Shown here: positions 32,846-45,258 of the stretch, piece after piece | Numbering within the stretch: position 1 is the first letter of the stretch | Layout: each line of letters begins with the position of its first letter | NCBI GenBank assembly: GCA_038922795.1 | Contig: JBCKWI010000003.1 | Span: 5,118-69,117, forward strand | Reading direction: 5' to 3' | DNA: 64,000 nt | Source of the DNA: Gammaproteobacteria bacterium | GTDB lineage: Bacteria > Pseudomonadota > Gammaproteobacteria > Eutrophobiales > Eutrophobiaceae | Notes under the pieces: generated by a model | The model's input: only the letters and a program-made list of their open reading frames with translations | Databases searched by the model: none | What the model was told of the DNA's origin: nothing | Position numbers and translations under genes: made by a program

Positions 32846-34192
32846 TCAGGCAGCCCTTGCCACGGCAGTTTCAATCTCATCAGCAAGTTGCCTGACTATT
32901 TGACTGACCTGTGATTCATCCGGCCCTTCAACCATGACCCGGATGACGGGTTCTGTTCCGGAAGTCCTGATCAGGACACGTCCATGCTCACCGAGTTGGT
33001 CCTCGGCGTTCCCGATCACATCCGGAATCCCGTCCAACTGCAATGGATCGATACGCCTGTGCATGCTCACGTTAATCATCTTCTGCGGGTATTTCACTAA
33101 ACCGGCTTTAAGTTCATGCAGGGATTTGCCACTTCTGATCATCGCTTCCAGCACCTGTAACGCGGAAATAATCCCGTCACCGGTGGTGGTTTTATGCAGA
33201 TTGATGATATGTCCGGAGGTTTCACCGCCCAGAATGAGATTATCCTGATAGAGTTTTTCCATGACGTAACGATCACCCACACTGGTCCGCAGAAATCCCA
33301 GGTTTAATGCGTGTATGGCTTCTTCAAGTCCGAGGTTGCTCATAACGGTCCCAACGATTGCGCCATTCAGTACGTTGGGTCTAGCGCGCGCGATGATATA
33401 CAGAATTTCATCACCATCAATGATCTCACCTTGATGGTCCACCATAATCAGCCTGTCACCATCACCATCGAAGGCTATGCCCGCATCTGCACCTGTGTTT
33501 ATGACCTGTTGCCTTAATTTTTCCGGGCTGGTTGCACCAACCTCATGATTGATATTAAATCCGTCAGGATTGATACCTATCGTGCTGATATTTGCCCCAA
33601 GTTCTTCAAACACATTCGGTGCTATATGGTAGGTTGCTCCGTGAGCACAATCGATAACCAGCTTGAGTCCACCGAGATTTAACAGTGGCTCGATCCGGGT
33701 CTTGCAGAATTCAATATAGCGCCTGGGGGCATCGTTCATGCGCCTGACCTTGCCCAACTGATCGGAGTTGACCACCTTGAATGGTTGATCGAGTTCTTTT
33801 TCAATAGCAAGCTCAATTTCATCGGCCAGTTTTTTGCCGTCACCTGAAAAAAACTTTATGCCATTATCCTGATAGGGGTTATGTGATGCGCTGATGACAA
33901 TACCGGCCTGGGCGCGGGTATTCTGTGCAAGAAAGGCGATGCCCGGTGTGGGCATGGGACCCAGCAAACGAATATCCACACCGGCAGCGGAAAGACCGGC
34001 TTCCAGTGCGGATTCAAACATATAGCCGGAGACGCGAGTGTCCTTCCCGATCAGTACCGGACCCTTGCCCATACTGGCCAGGATGCGGCCTGCGGCCCAG
34101 CCCAGCTTCATGACAAAATCAGGTGTGATGGGCGGTTCACCGACACGCCCACGAATACCATCAGTGCCGAAGTATTTACGTTCTTTAGTCAT
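32846..34192 (-). CDS. glmM: phosphoglucosamine mutase
   Basis: MTKERKYFGTDGIRG N-terminus and active-site Ser loop (SASHNPYQDNGIK). ATG verified at 34192. Confidence 0.95.
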   Translation of the reverse strand: MTKERKYFGTDGIRGRVGEPPITPDFVMKLGWAAGRILASMGKGPVLIGKDTRVSGYMFESALEAGLSAAGVDIRLLGPMPTPGIAFLAQNTRAQAGIVISASHNPYQDNGIKFFSGDGKKLADEIELAIEKELDQPFKVVNSDQLGKVRRMNDAPRRYIEFCKTRIEPLLNLGGLKLVIDCAHGATYHIAPNVFEELGANISTIGINPDGFNINHEVGATSPEKLRQQVINTGADAGIAFDGDGDRLIMVDHQGEIIDGDEILYIIARARPNVLNGAIVGTVMSNLGLEEAIHALNLGFLRTSVGDRYVMEKLYQDNLILGGETSGHIINLHKTTTGDGIISALQVLEAMIRSGKSLHELKAGLVKYPQKMINVSMHRRIDPLQLDGIPDVIGNAEDQLGEHGRVLIRTSGTEPVIRVMVEGPDESQVSQIVRQLADEIETAVARAA

Positions 34193-34273
34193 GATGCGTG
34201 CAGCGTATCTGGTATCCCGCATCTCGCTAAACGATTATCGGGAGTCGCTTCACGAGATACGAATAACGGCAGA

Positions 34274-36187
34274 TTACGCCGGTTTTGCTGGTGGTTCGCC
34301 CCGGGGGGCATCTGCCCGCTTTGCCGTATCGGAATCATTGACCTTGGCCACGGTACCGGAGTCGCCGTCATCCCAATCCGCTGGTGGAGACGGTATCTTC
34401 CCCTGCATGATTTCATTGATCTGATCAGCATTGATGGTCTCATACTTGATCAACGCCTCTGCCATCATGTGCAATTTATCCAGATTGTCTTTCAATAATT
34501 TCTCGGCACGCTTGTAGTTGCGATCAATGATGTGTTTGATTTCCTCATCGATCATATGGGCAGTCTCATCCGAAACGGCCTTGTGCTTGGTCACCGAATG
34601 TCCGAGGAAGACTTCCTCCTGCTCTTCACTGTAAGTGAGCGGTCCGAGTTTTTCCGACAGGCCCCAGCGTGTGACCATATTGCGCGCAATCAGGGTCGCA
34701 CGTTCAATATCATTACTGGCACCGGTGGTGACATGGTCCTTGCCGAAAATCAATTGCTCCGCGATACGCCCGCCAAACATGGACGAGATCATACTCTCCA
34801 GTTGTTCCTTGCTCTGACTGTATCGGTCTTCTTCAGGCAGAAACATGGTGACACCCAATGCCCGGCCACGCGGGATAATCGTGACCTTGTAGACCGGATC
34901 GTGGGACGGAACCAGCCGGCCAATAATCGCATGGCCTGCTTCGTGGTAAGCGGTCAGTTTTTTATCTTTCTCGCTCATGACCATGGAACGGCGTTCAGCA
35001 CCCATCATGATCTTGTCCTTGGCCCGTTCGAAATCATCCATATCAACATGTTTCTTATTGCTGCGGGCAGCAAACAGTGCTGCTTCATTCACCAGGTTGG
35101 AAAGATCGGCGCCTGAAAAACCCGGGGTACCACGGGCGATAATCGCAGGCTTCACATCATCAGAAAGCGGGACTTTGCGCATGTGCACCTTGAGGATTTG
35201 CTCACGGCCACGGATGTCCGGTAATGGCACGACCACCTGCCGGTCAAAACGGCCCGGCCGTAATAACGCCGGATCCAGCACATCCGGACGGTTGGTTGCG
35301 GCAATGATGATGACACCTTCATTACCTTCAAAGCCATCCATTTCTACCAACAGCTGATTTAATGTTTGTTCGCGTTCATCATGGCCACCGCCGAGACCGG
35401 CGCCACGATGCCGGCCTACCGCGTCAATCTCGTCGATGAAGATAATGCACGGCGCGTGTTTCTTGGCCTGCTCGAACATATCACGCACACGGGACGCACC
35501 AACACCCACAAACATCTCGACAAAATCAGAACCGGATATAGTAAAGAACGGGACCTTGGCTTCGCCGGCGATGGCCTTGGCCAGGAGTGTTTTGCCGGTA
35601 CCGGGTAAACCCACCATCAATACACCACGCGGGATCTTGCCGCCGAGTTTCTGAAATTTACCCGGGTCACGCAGGAATTCGACAAGTTCACCGACCTCTG
35701 CCTTGGCTTCTTCCACACCGGCGACATCATTAAACGTCACCTTGACCTGATCTTCTCCTACCAGGCGCGCGCGGCTTTTGCCGAAAGAAAGTGCGCCACG
35801 GCCGCCACCGCCCTGCATCTGGCGCATGAAATAGATCCAGATGCCGAGCAGCAATAAAATGGGGAACCACGAGATCAGCGCATGCGCCCAGAGTGAGTTG
35901 CGCGGCTCTGCCCCTTCAATCTCGACCTTATGCTCCAGCAAGGTGCCGATAAGCGCATCATTACTGGTCTCCGGGTTATACGTCTTGAACCGTGAGTCAT
36001 CAGTGCGTTTTCCGGTGATGGTATTACCCTCCATGGTCACTTTTTTCACGGTACCGCTCTTCACTTCACTGATGAACGTTGAATAGGCGATAGGACTGAC
36101 CATGGGCGTGGACATGTTCTTGAACACCAGCATTAATACCAGTGTAATGACCACCATCAGGATCAGGGTTCTTGCGGTTTCGTTCAA
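34274..36187 (-). CDS. ftsH: ATP-dependent zinc metalloprotease FtsH
   Basis: Two TM segments, AAA module (GPPGTGKT-type: [14 protein letters not shown]; DEIDAV), second-region-of-homology, and Zn motif HEAGHA. Confidence 0.95.
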   Translation of the reverse strand: MNETARTLILMVVITLVLMLVFKNMSTPMVSPIAYSTFISEVKSGTVKKVTMEGNTITGKRTDDSRFKTYNPETSNDALIGTLLEHKVEIEGAEPRNSLWAHALISWFPILLLLGIWIYFMRQMQGGGGRGALSFGKSRARLVGEDQVKVTFNDVAGVEEAKAEVGELVEFLRDPGKFQKLGGKIPRGVLMVGLPGTGKTLLAKAIAGEAKVPFFTISGSDFVEMFVGVGASRVRDMFEQAKKHAPCIIFIDEIDAVGRHRGAGLGGGHDEREQTLNQLLVEMDGFEGNEGVIIIAATNRPDVLDPALLRPGRFDRQVVVPLPDIRGREQILKVHMRKVPLSDDVKPAIIARGTPGFSGADLSNLVNEAALFAARSNKKHVDMDDFERAKDKIMMGAERRSMVMSEKDKKLTAYHEAGHAIIGRLVPSHDPVYKVTIIPRGRALGVTMFLPEEDRYSQSKEQLESMISSMFGGRIAEQLIFGKDHVTTGASNDIERATLIARNMVTRWGLSEKLGPLTYSEEQEEVFLGHSVTKHKAVSDETAHMIDEEIKHIIDRNYKRAEKLLKDNLDKLHMMAEALIKYETINADQINEIMQGKIPSPPADWDDGDSGTVAKVNDSDTAKRADAPRGEPPAKPA

Positions 36188-36248
36188 TTCAAATACCTCG
36201 TTTAAATTGCATAATCATTATGTTCACTATAGCACTAACTCTTATCAT

Positions 36249-36869
36249 CTAGCACCTGAAGGAACGTGCCAGAATGTAAAATTCACGTGAATTGTTACGG
36301 GAGGCCCTAGGTTTTCGAGTCAGAATCTGCCGGAAATGTTCCTTCAGGCCCTGCCGGAATTCAGTAACACCCTCACCTTCAAAAATCTTGATCAGTAAAT
36401 CACCACCGGGGCGTAGCACCTGGCAGGCAAGATCCCTGGCTGTTTCGGCAAGAGTCATGCTGCGGGCCAGATCGCTGGACTTGATACCGGATATATTGGG
36501 GGCCATATCGGAGATTACAAGGTCTGCCTTGTTTCCGTCCAGGCTATGCAGGCACTGTCCATAAATTGCCTGCTCTGTGAAATCTCCCATGATAAACAAT
36601 ACGTTATCCATACTATCCACAGGCAGGATATCGATCGCAATCACTTTCCCCTGTGGTCCTACACGCTGGGCAACATATTGTGACCAACTCCCGGGCGCTG
36701 CACCCAGATCAATGACAGTCTGGCCTTTATGGAAAAGGTGGTCTTTTGCATCGATCTCCTTAAGCTTGTAAACGGCACGGGAGCGGTAATCAGACTGCCG
36801 CGCCTGCTTGACGTAGGGATCTCTTTGCTGCCGTTGTAACCAGCGGGTGCTGCCGGGACGTTTGGCCAT
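36249..36869 (-). CDS. rlmE: 23S rRNA (uridine2552-2'-O)-methyltransferase RlmE/FtsJ
   Basis: SAM-binding motif (VIDLGAAPGSWSQ) and the conserved position upstream of ftsH. Confidence 0.92.
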   Translation of the reverse strand: MAKRPGSTRWLQRQQRDPYVKQARQSDYRSRAVYKLKEIDAKDHLFHKGQTVIDLGAAPGSWSQYVAQRVGPQGKVIAIDILPVDSMDNVLFIMGDFTEQAIYGQCLHSLDGNKADLVISDMAPNISGIKSSDLARSMTLAETARDLACQVLRPGGDLLIKIFEGEGVTEFRQGLKEHFRQILTRKPRASRNNSREFYILARSFRC

Positions 36870-36964
36870 TGGTATCCAGAAGTCAGGAGACAGAAGTCAG
36901 AATACCAACTCCTAAACTCTTATTATTGTATTTTGAATTCTGGATTCTGAATTCCGGGAATGGA

Positions 36965-37441
36965 TTATTCATAGCGTACTTCCAGTATCTCATATTCCAC
37001 CGTGCCACCCGGCGCCTTGACTTCAACCACATCACCCTCCTGTTTGCCAATGAGTGCTCGCGCAATTGGAGAAGTAATGGAGATCAACATTTTTTCAATA
37101 TCTGCTTCCATTTCACCAACGATCTGATAGGTCACTTCCTCATTATTGGCGAGATTCGTCAAGCCTATGGTGGCACCAAATACCACCTTGCCATCAGTAT
37201 TCAGTGAGGAGATATCAATAATCTGGGCATCGGCCAGTGCGGTTTCTATCGCTGCAATGCGGCCTTCAAGAAAACTCTGTTGTTCACGCGCTGCATGGTA
37301 TTCGGCGTTTTCACTCAAATCACCATGGGCCCGGGCCTCGGCAATCGCCTTTGTAATACGCGGCCGATCAACGGACTTCAGTTCCTTCAGTTGTTCACGC
37401 AGACGCTGTGCGCCCCTGGCCGTGATGGGTGGTTTGCTCAT
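36965..37441 (-). CDS. greA: transcription elongation factor GreA
   Basis: 158 aa. GreA N-terminal coiled coil ([16 protein letters not shown]) and C-terminal FKBP-like domain. Overlaps the carB stop. Confidence 0.95.
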   Translation of the reverse strand: MSKPPITARGAQRLREQLKELKSVDRPRITKAIAEARAHGDLSENAEYHAAREQQSFLEGRIAAIETALADAQIIDISSLNTDGKVVFGATIGLTNLANNEEVTYQIVGEMEADIEKMLISITSPIARALIGKQEGDVVEVKAPGGTVEYEILEVRYE

Positions 37442-40400
37442 GATATTTCCCCGTGTAAATCCTGTAACCGGTTAACTTCTCCGGAATCATTCTGCTTCAA
37501 GGCCAGTACCGTCGCAGTCGCGCCGGCCATGGTGGTAGTATAAAACACCTTGTGTTGCAGAGCCGTGCGGCGGATGGAATAGGAATCCGCAATCGCCTGT
37601 TTATCTTCTGTCGTATTCACTATGAGATCAATTTCATCATTTTTCAACATATCTACAATATGCGGTTGGCCTTCCCGCACCTTGTTTACCCTCTGACACT
37701 CCAGCCCGGCTTCCCTTAAGGTCTTCGCTGTACCATCTGTCGCACACAACGAAAATCCCAACCGTAATAACTCACGCCCAATCATAACCGCCTGTTTCTT
37801 GTCTTCATCGCGCACACTGATAAAAACCAGTCCGGAACGGGGAATGATCTCGCCGGCACCAAACTGTGCCTTGGCAAAGGCCTCGGCAAAGCTGCGCCCG
37901 ACACCCATCACTTCTCCAGTTGATTTCATTTCCGGTCCCAGCAAGGAATCAACTCCGGGGAATTTGATAAAGGGAAACACAGATTCCTTGACTGAGAAAT
38001 AAGGCGGGACCTTCACGGTGATTATACCCTGCTCAGCCAGACTCCGGCCCACCATACAGTTTGCAGCGACCCACGCCAGCGAAACACCAGTCGCCTTGGA
38101 CACAAACGGCACGGTCCTTGAAGCCCTGGGATTGACTTCCAGTACAAAGATATCATTTCCCTGGATAGCAAATTGCGTATTCATCAGGCCAACTACATTC
38201 AGCTTCTTCGCCAAGGCGCTTACCTGATCAGCAATACGCCGCTGGATGTCCATACTGAGACTGTAAGGCGGTAAAGAGCAGGCGGAATCACCCGAGTGCA
38301 CCCCGGCCTGTTCGATATGTTCCATGATGCCGCCAATGACAACGTCAGTGCCGTCGGCGATCGCATCGACATCGACTTCAATTGCATCGCGCAAAAACCG
38401 GTCCAGCAAAACCGGCGATTCATTGGAAACAGCGACGGCATACCGCATATAGGTGCGTAATTCCTCCTTGTCATAAACGATCTCCATGGCGCGGCCACCC
38501 AGCACATAAGATGGCCTGACTACCAATGGATAACCAATTTCACCGGCGAGTCTTACCGCCTGTTCCGGATCCCGTGCAGTACGGTTCGGCGGTTGTTTCA
38601 GATTAAGCTCCACCAACAATTTCTGGAAACGTTCGCGGTCTTCAGCCATATCGATCGAATCCGGTGTAGTCCCGATGATCGGCGCCCCGGCGGCCTCCAA
38701 TGGCCGCGCGAGTTTTAACGGTGTCTGTCCGCCATATTGAACAATCACGCCAAAGGGTTTTTCAAGGTCGATAATTTCCAGCACATCTTCCAGTGTGAGT
38801 GGTTCAAAATACAGACGATCAGAAGTATCGTAATCCGTGGAGACTGTTTCCGGGTTACAGTTGACCATGATGGTTTCATAACCCGCCGCACGCATGGCCA
38901 GTGCCGCCTGCACGCAGCAATAGTCAAACTCAATGCCCTGGCCGATCCGGTTGGGACCGCCGCCCAGCACCATAATCTTCTTTTTGTCTGTTGGTTTCGC
39001 CTCGCATTCCTCTTCATAGGTGGAATACATATAAGCGGTGGTCGCCGCAAACTCGGCAGCACAGGAATCGACCCGCTTGTATACCGGGCGGATTTTGAGT
39101 TTATGCCGGAGCTGGCGGATATCTTTTTCAGATGTTCCAACCAGGGTTGCCAGCCTGCTGTCGGAAAAACCCTTGCGCTTGAGTTCACGCAACCGATCTT
39201 TTGTCAGTGCTGGTAAACCATGTTGTTTGATCAGTTTCTCTTCATCCACGAGATCTGCAATCTGCGCGAGGAACCACGGATCGATATGTGAATACTGATG
39301 CACCTCATCGATACTCATACCGTAACGAAAGGCCTCGGCCATATACCAGAGCCGGTCAGCGCGTGGCACACGCAGTTCACGCTGAATCAATTCAACAGCA
39401 TCTTCGTGACTCATACCGGCAGGTATACATTCATTCAGGCCATCACGCCCGATCTCAAGCCCACGTATCGCCTTCTGCAGTGATTCCTGGAAGGTGCGGC
39501 CGATTGCCATCACTTCGCCAACTGATTTCATCTGTGTGGTCAGGCGATCGTCGGCCTTGGGGAATTTCTCAAAGGTAAATCTAGGAATCTTGGTGACGAT
39601 GTAATCAATGGTTGGCTCAAACGACGCCGGTGTGGCGCCGCCGGTGATCTCATTTGCCAGTTCATCCAGTGTGTACCCCACAGCGAGTTTGGCCGCCACT
39701 TTTGCAATCGGGAAACCGGTCGCCTTGGAGGCGAGGGCGGAAGAACGGGATACACGCGGATTCATCTCGATAACGAACAATTCACCATTGTCCGGGTTCA
39801 CGGCAAACTGCACATTGGAACCACCGGTATCCACGCCGATCTCGCGCAATACAGCGATGGAGGCATTACGCATGATCTGGTATTCCTTGTCAGTCAGCGT
39901 CAATGCGGGCACAATGGTAATGGAATCACCGGTATGCACACCCATCGGATCAAAATTCTCAATTGAGCAGATAATGATGCAATTATCTTTATGATCACGC
40001 ACCACTTCCATTTCATATTCCTTCCAGCCAAGCACCGACTGCTCCAGCAATATCTCACTGGTCGGCGAGGCATCGAGTCCGCGTTCACAGATCTCGATAA
40101 ATTCTTCGCGGTTATAGGCTATCCCGCCACCACTGCCACCCAGTGTAAATGATGGCCGGATAATGATCGGGAAGGCGATCTCATTCTGGGCTTCTTTCGC
40201 CTGTTCCATGTTATGTGCCAGTACAGAATACGGCATCTTGAGTCCGATCTTTTTCATGGCCTCGCGAAAACGTCCGCGGTCTTCGGCCTTGTCGATGGCA
40301 TCTACCGAGGCGCCGATCAGTTCGACACCGTACTTCTCAAGCACACCCTCACGTGCCAGATCCAACGCGCAATTCAAACCGGTCTGCCCACCCATGGTCG

Positions 40401-40662
40401 GCAGGATGGCGTCCGGACGTTCCTTCGCAATGATCTTTTCCACCACCCGCCAGTGCACTGGTTCAATATAAGTGGCATCGGCCATGCCCGGATCGGTCAT
40501 GATCGTGGCCGGATTGGAATTCACCAGAATGACGCGATAGCCTTCCTCGCGCAGTGCCTTGCAGGCCTGCGCACCGGAATAATCAAACTCACAAGCCTGG
40601 CCAATCACGATGGGACCGGCGCCGATGATGAGTATGGACTTTATGTCAGTGCGTTTTGGCAT
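37438..40662 (-). CDS. carB: carbamoyl-phosphate synthase large subunit
   Basis: 1074 aa with two ATP-grasp halves and an MGS-like C-terminal domain. Confidence 0.97.
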   Translation of the reverse strand: MPKRTDIKSILIIGAGPIVIGQACEFDYSGAQACKALREEGYRVILVNSNPATIMTDPGMADATYIEPVHWRVVEKIIAKERPDAILPTMGGQTGLNCALDLAREGVLEKYGVELIGASVDAIDKAEDRGRFREAMKKIGLKMPYSVLAHNMEQAKEAQNEIAFPIIIRPSFTLGGSGGGIAYNREEFIEICERGLDASPTSEILLEQSVLGWKEYEMEVVRDHKDNCIIICSIENFDPMGVHTGDSITIVPALTLTDKEYQIMRNASIAVLREIGVDTGGSNVQFAVNPDNGELFVIEMNPRVSRSSALASKATGFPIAKVAAKLAVGYTLDELANEITGGATPASFEPTIDYIVTKIPRFTFEKFPKADDRLTTQMKSVGEVMAIGRTFQESLQKAIRGLEIGRDGLNECIPAGMSHEDAVELIQRELRVPRADRLWYMAEAFRYGMSIDEVHQYSHIDPWFLAQIADLVDEEKLIKQHGLPALTKDRLRELKRKGFSDSRLATLVGTSEKDIRQLRHKLKIRPVYKRVDSCAAEFAATTAYMYSTYEEECEAKPTDKKKIMVLGGGPNRIGQGIEFDYCCVQAALAMRAAGYETIMVNCNPETVSTDYDTSDRLYFEPLTLEDVLEIIDLEKPFGVIVQYGGQTPLKLARPLEAAGAPIIGTTPDSIDMAEDRERFQKLLVELNLKQPPNRTARDPEQAVRLAGEIGYPLVVRPSYVLGGRAMEIVYDKEELRTYMRYAVAVSNESPVLLDRFLRDAIEVDVDAIADGTDVVIGGIMEHIEQAGVHSGDSACSLPPYSLSMDIQRRIADQVSALAKKLNVVGLMNTQFAIQGNDIFVLEVNPRASRTVPFVSKATGVSLAWVAANCMVGRSLAEQGIITVKVPPYFSVKESVFPFIKFPGVDSLLGPEMKSTGEVMGVGRSFAEAFAKAQFGAGEIIPRSGLVFISVRDEDKKQAVMIGRELLRLGFSLCATDGTAKTLREAGLECQRVNKVREGQPHIVDMLKNDEIDLIVNTTEDKQAIADSYSIRRTALQHKVFYTTTMAGATATVLALKQNDSGEVNRLQDLHGEIS

Positions 40663-40720
40663 TTACCCATTCCACGCTGCACGAGTGATAATTCACATGT
40701 CAAAAAATATTCTTGAATCA

Positions 40721-41854
40721 TCATTTTTTGTTATTACCCATCAATTCTATAAAGTGTTCAAACAACGGCCTGACATCATGCGGACCGGGACTGGCTTCCG
40801 GGTGTCCCTGAAAACTGAACGCAGGCAGATGAGTATGGTGCACGCCCTGCAATGTGCCATCGAACAGCGAGCGGTGTGTCGCCTTCAGCGTTGCCGGCAG
40901 TGTATTTTCCTCCACGGCAAAACCATGATTCTGACTGGTAATCATGACCTGGCCTGTGGCGAGGTCCTGCACCGGGTGATTAGCACCGTGATGACCGAAC
41001 TTCATCTTGGTGGTCTTTGCGCCAGCAGCCAGTGACAACAACTGATGGCCGAGACAGATACCGAATACGGGTATTTTCGTGGGGAGGATCTCCTGTATTG
41101 CTGCTATTGCATAATCACAAGGATCAGGATCGCCAGGACCATTAGAGAGAAAAATTCCGTCCGGTTTTTCCTTGAGTATTTCCTGTGCCGGTGTTTTGGC
41201 CGGGACTACTGTCAATCGGCATCCGCTGTCCGCCAGGATGCGCAGAATGTTCCGCTTTATCCCGTAGTCATAGGCAATGACGTGAAAACGCTGTTCAACC
41301 CTGGCTGCTGCCTGATCATTTAGTTGCCAGCTTCCTTCTGCCCAGTCGTAACTTTTTGCGGTGGTTACCTCTTGGGCCAGATCGGCCCCCTTCAGACCAG
41401 GGAATGCGCGTGCAGCAGCAATGGCTGTATTTTGATCAATCGTATGCCCCGCAACAATACACCCGTTCTGTGCCCCCTTGTCCCGCAATAACCGGGTCAG
41501 GCGCCGTGTATCAACATCGGCAATCGCCACCACCTTCTGGCGCTTGAGATAATTCTGCAAGGGTTCTTTGGCCCGCCAGTTGCTGACTGCAAAGGACAGA
41601 TCACGGATAACCAGTCCGCTGGCATAGGCAGCGGTGGACTCTTCATCTTCAGGATTGACGCCCACATTACCGATATGTGGCTGGGTGAGTGTAACGATTT
41701 GTTTGAAATAAGAAGGGTCGGTGAGAATTTCCTGGTATCCGGTGATGGCCGTATTAAAAACAACTTCCCCTACCGCCTGACCCGCGATCCCGATAGAACT
41801 GCCATGCAATACAGTCCCGTCTTCCAGTGCCAACAACGCCGGTTGTTTCAACAA
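40721..41854 (-). CDS. carA: carbamoyl-phosphate synthase small (glutaminase) subunit
   Basis: 377 aa. Class-I GATase triad context (GICLGHQ). Confidence 0.95.
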   Translation of the reverse strand: MLKQPALLALEDGTVLHGSSIGIAGQAVGEVVFNTAITGYQEILTDPSYFKQIVTLTQPHIGNVGVNPEDEESTAAYASGLVIRDLSFAVSNWRAKEPLQNYLKRQKVVAIADVDTRRLTRLLRDKGAQNGCIVAGHTIDQNTAIAAARAFPGLKGADLAQEVTTAKSYDWAEGSWQLNDQAAARVEQRFHVIAYDYGIKRNILRILADSGCRLTVVPAKTPAQEILKEKPDGIFLSNGPGDPDPCDYAIAAIQEILPTKIPVFGICLGHQLLSLAAGAKTTKMKFGHHGANHPVQDLATGQVMITSQNHGFAVEENTLPATLKATHRSLFDGTLQGVHHTHLPAFSFQGHPEASPGPHDVRPLFEHFIELMGNNKK

Positions 41855-41990
41855 ACTCTCCGAAATACAGACTACACACGTACAAAACGGGAGTACCGTA
41901 TGGCTACTCCCGTCAGATTTTCAGTGTGTGAATTTTACTGGCATGTCCCGGCAATGTCTATGCATCATCCATTAACACTGCAAAGATTTC

Positions 41991-42848
41991 TCAGGCTGCG
42001 CGCTTTTGGTGCAATTCACCGCAGGGGATCAGGACCGGCGACCGGCTACGGCTCAATATTATCAGATGATTGGGCGGCACCGGTTGCCAGCCGGGATCAT
42101 TCGTCAACCTCTCAGAACTGACAACCACCTCATCGTATATCTGTTGTTCTTTGCCACCGGACTCATACAAATCCCCGCAATAATAATAAAGTGACTCCGG
42201 CGGGTGTTCCCGGTCATTGTTGTAACGTGAAATGACTGCATTTTCCCCATCGGTAACCGCTACATTCAGATAACTGGGCACGTTATCGCCAAATTGCTCT
42301 ACTATTGCGACAACCCGTTGAATGGCGCTGTCGAGTGCAGCGGCGAGCTCCAGCGCCCCAATCACCTGTTTTTTCAGTAATTCATCTATGATGACAGCAA
42401 AAAAGTTCTCTGAATCCGTGCTGCCAAAAATGTTGCTGAAGGCTTCGTCACAAACAGTTTCAAGTAACTTGCGCCGTATCTTCTGGAAATTGCCCACATC
42501 ACCATTATGCATGCAGAGATATTTGCCAAACCGGAAGGGATGGCAGTTGGCTTCATTGACACCACTCGACTGGGTTGCGGCACGGACATGCGCAAGCACA
42601 CAGGAACTGGCAACGACACGGGACAGGTTATGCAGGTTACGGTTATTCCAGGCCGGAGTAATAGAACGGAATACGGCGGGGTCATTGGAAAATTCCGGGG
42701 CATACCAGCCAACACCGAAACCATCACCATTCAAGGGCTCTTCCCTTTCGTGACTATTGGAACTCTGCCGGATCAGGGAATGAGCAGGTTCAAGCAGAAG
42801 TGAACTCAATCGTACCGGTGGCCCCAGATAGAGTGTGAATCGACACAT
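41991..42848 (-). CDS. class-II (Ntn) glutamine amidotransferase, YafJ-type
   Basis: With the ATG at 42848 the protein starts MCRFTLYLG, the Cys-2 nucleophile typical of Ntn amidotransferases. The fold motifs HVRAATQSS...NCHPF and HNGDVGNF are present. It is divergent from the downstream ligase operon. Confidence 0.8.
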   Translation of the reverse strand: MCRFTLYLGPPVRLSSLLLEPAHSLIRQSSNSHEREEPLNGDGFGVGWYAPEFSNDPAVFRSITPAWNNRNLHNLSRVVASSCVLAHVRAATQSSGVNEANCHPFRFGKYLCMHNGDVGNFQKIRRKLLETVCDEAFSNIFGSTDSENFFAVIIDELLKKQVIGALELAAALDSAIQRVVAIVEQFGDNVPSYLNVAVTDGENAVISRYNNDREHPPESLYYYCGDLYESGGKEQQIYDEVVVSSERLTNDPGWQPVPPNHLIILSRSRSPVLIPCGELHQKRAA

Positions 42849-43072
42849 AACAAACTCCTGAATGGCAGAAGGACAACACAACCCGTTTCGCCAGGACAAC
42901 ACGATACGATCACACTAATTATTGTACGTTTTTCCGGGTTTGCAAATAAAACTCCAGCAAACCGGCACTATCATCAACCATAAAGTCAGCGTAGTATAAT
43001 TAAAAATCAATATTGAATGCATAGACACTGCCCTGTACCCTGTGATTTCATTCTGCTGATCCAGATTTGCTG

Positions 43073-43789
43073 ATGGACATCGAATTACCCATACCCATAC
43101 TGCCCCAACCAGATGATACAACCTGTGGGCCGACCTGTTTGCATGCCGTATACAATTACTATAATGACAATATCCCGCTGGCGGAGGTAATTGCAGATAC
43201 ACAGATGCTGGATGCCGGTGGCACCCTGGATGTTTTTCTGGCCTGCTCGGCATTACGGCGCGGTTACCAGGCGACTATTTATACCTACAGCCTGCAGATG
43301 TTCGATCCAAGCTGGTTCAGTTCACCTGACATTAATATTGCCGAACGCCTGCAACGTCAGGCAGAGTTAAAACATGATAAAAAACTGCAACATGCCACAC
43401 GGGGTTATCTGGAGTTTCTGGAACTTGGCGGCAAAATACGATTCACAGATCTGAATACCCGCCTGTTGCGCAGTATTATCCGTAGAAAAATGCCGATTTT
43501 GACGGGCCTGAGTTCAACCTACCTTTATCGCAGCATACGTGAATTTGGGCCAACGGACGATCCGGATGATATTCGCGGACTGCCGGGCGGGCACTTTGTG
43601 ATCCTGAGTGGTTACCACAGACAGGACCGTACCATATTGATCGCTGATCCCTATCTGAAAAACCCGGTTGCACCGGGTCAATTGTACCCGGTGAACATCG
43701 ATCGTGTTATCTGTGCCATTTTACTGGGTGTATTGACTTATGATGCCAACCTGTTGGTGATCCATCCTCGACGAGAAAAAATTATATGA
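43073..43789 (+). CDS. papain-like cysteine peptidase of the C39 type (standalone)
   Basis: QPDDTTCGPTCLHAV matches the C39 Q/Cys motif (QxxxxDCGxACL) and the downstream His motif is GGHFVILSGY. The track start is TTG 43067. The ATG at 43073 (MDIELPIP...) is more likely. Confidence 0.65.
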   Translation: MDIELPIPILPQPDDTTCGPTCLHAVYNYYNDNIPLAEVIADTQMLDAGGTLDVFLACSALRRGYQATIYTYSLQMFDPSWFSSPDINIAERLQRQAELKHDKKLQHATRGYLEFLELGGKIRFTDLNTRLLRSIIRRKMPILTGLSSTYLYRSIREFGPTDDPDDIRGLPGGHFVILSGYHRQDRTILIADPYLKNPVAPGQLYPVNIDRVICAILLGVLTYDANLLVIHPRREKII

Positions 43790-45258
43790 CAATCCTGTTG
43801 GTCGTAACCAACCCGAATAACTGGCCACTGCATATTCCGGGGGTAGTCGTGACCTCGGCCCGTTCCTACCTGACCGATCCTGCATTCAGCGAGGACCGCT
43901 CAACCAAGGTATTCAATCTGTGCCGTTCCTATGCTTATCAAAGCACTGGTTATTATGTTTCACTACTGGCCGCCGCACGGGGACATAAACCGTTGCCGGA
44001 CATCAACACCATTCAGGACCTGAAATCACAGTACGTAATCCGCGCATTGTCAGAAGAAATAGAAGAACAGATCCAGACCGCATTCAAGCGGTTGCAATCC
44101 AAAAAATTTACTTTGAGTATCTATTTTGGCAGGAATACCGCCAAACAATACAACAGTATAAGTTTACGTTTATTTGATATCTTCAAAGCCCCGTTATTGC
44201 GCGCGCAATTCGTCAGGGGCAAAATCTGGCAACTGGATTCCATTCGCACGATAACCGTGAGCGATATTCCGGAAAACCACCGTAAATTTGTAATTGAATG
44301 TGCAACGGATTATTTTTCGGGCAGAAAGCGGCGTGTCAGAAAACGTACTACACCAAGATTCGATTTGGCGCTTCTGTATAACCCCGATGAAAAAGAGCCC
44401 CCCTCAAACAGCAAGGCAATAAAAAAATTCCAGAAGGCAGCCGAAGCGGTAGGTCTTGATCTGGAATTAATAACACGAAATGACATGCATCGTCTTGCTG
44501 AATTCGATGCACTGTTTATTCGCGAGACTACAGCGGTCAACCACCATACTTTTCGAATCGCGCAACGCGCAATTGCAGAAGGACTGGTTGTAATGGATGA
44601 CCCGGACTCCATACTGAAATGTTCCAACAAGGTATATCTGGCTGAATTATTTACACGGCATTCCATACCTATTCCTAAAACCCTGGTTATTCATCGAAAC
44701 AATATTGATGAAATTCAAAAAATACTGGGTCTGCCATGCATACTCAAACAACCGGACAGCGCTTTCTCAATGGGGGTCACCAAGGTTGAAACTGTGGATG
44801 AACTAAATCAGCAAGTCACGCGCCTGTTATCCAAATCTGATCTAATCGTTGCACAGGAATTTCTGCCTACAAGTTTCGACTGGCGGATTGGTATTTGTGA
44901 CAGGCGTCCGTTATATGTTTGCCGTTACTATATGGCACGGCGACACTGGCAAGTTTATAAACGTGATGAATCCGGTAATGCTCATAGTGAAGGTGAATCC
45001 AACACGATATCAGTCGGCGAAGCACCGGATGAGGTCATTAAAACAGCACTCAAGGCAGCAAATCTGATTGGCGATAGTCTTTATGGCGTGGATTTGAAAC
45101 AGATCGGTAACAAGTGTTATATCATTGAGGTCAACGATAACCCAAATATTTACACAGGGACTGAGGATGCTGTTTTGAAAGATGCCCTATACCGGGAGAT
45201 TATGGGAATCTTTTTAAAACGCATCGAAGCACGTAAACGCGGCCCATCACCGGTATGA
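43786..45258 (+). CDS. RimK-like ATP-grasp ligase with an N-terminal extra domain of about 220 aa
   Basis: C-terminal ATP-grasp fold motifs are present (CILKQPDSAFSMGV; LIVAQEFLPTSFDWRIG; YGVDLKQ...YIIEVNDNPNI). Start overlaps the upstream stop (ATGA). Confidence 0.85.
   Translation: MTILLVVTNPNNWPLHIPGVVVTSARSYLTDPAFSEDRSTKVFNLCRSYAYQSTGYYVSLLAAARGHKPLPDINTIQDLKSQYVIRALSEEIEEQIQTAFKRLQSKKFTLSIYFGRNTAKQYNSISLRLFDIFKAPLLRAQFVRGKIWQLDSIRTITVSDIPENHRKFVIECATDYFSGRKRRVRKRTTPRFDLALLYNPDEKEPPSNSKAIKKFQKAAEAVGLDLELITRNDMHRLAEFDALFIRETTAVNHHTFRIAQRAIAEGLVVMDDPDSILKCSNKVYLAELFTRHSIPIPKTLVIHRNNIDEIQKILGLPCILKQPDSAFSMGVTKVETVDELNQQVTRLLSKSDLIVAQEFLPTSFDWRIGICDRRPLYVCRYYMARRHWQVYKRDESGNAHSEGESNTISVGEAPDEVIKTALKAANLIGDSLYGVDLKQIGNKCYIIEVNDNPNIYTGTEDAVLKDALYREIMGIFLKRIEARKRGPSPV

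Noticed and set aside
42903-43072. Precursor-peptide gene in the divergent promoter of the ligase operon
   Set aside because: Only an 18-codon frame (MHRHCPVPCDFILLIQIC) overlapping the peptidase start. No RBS and no recognisable leader or core features. Not reported as a gene.
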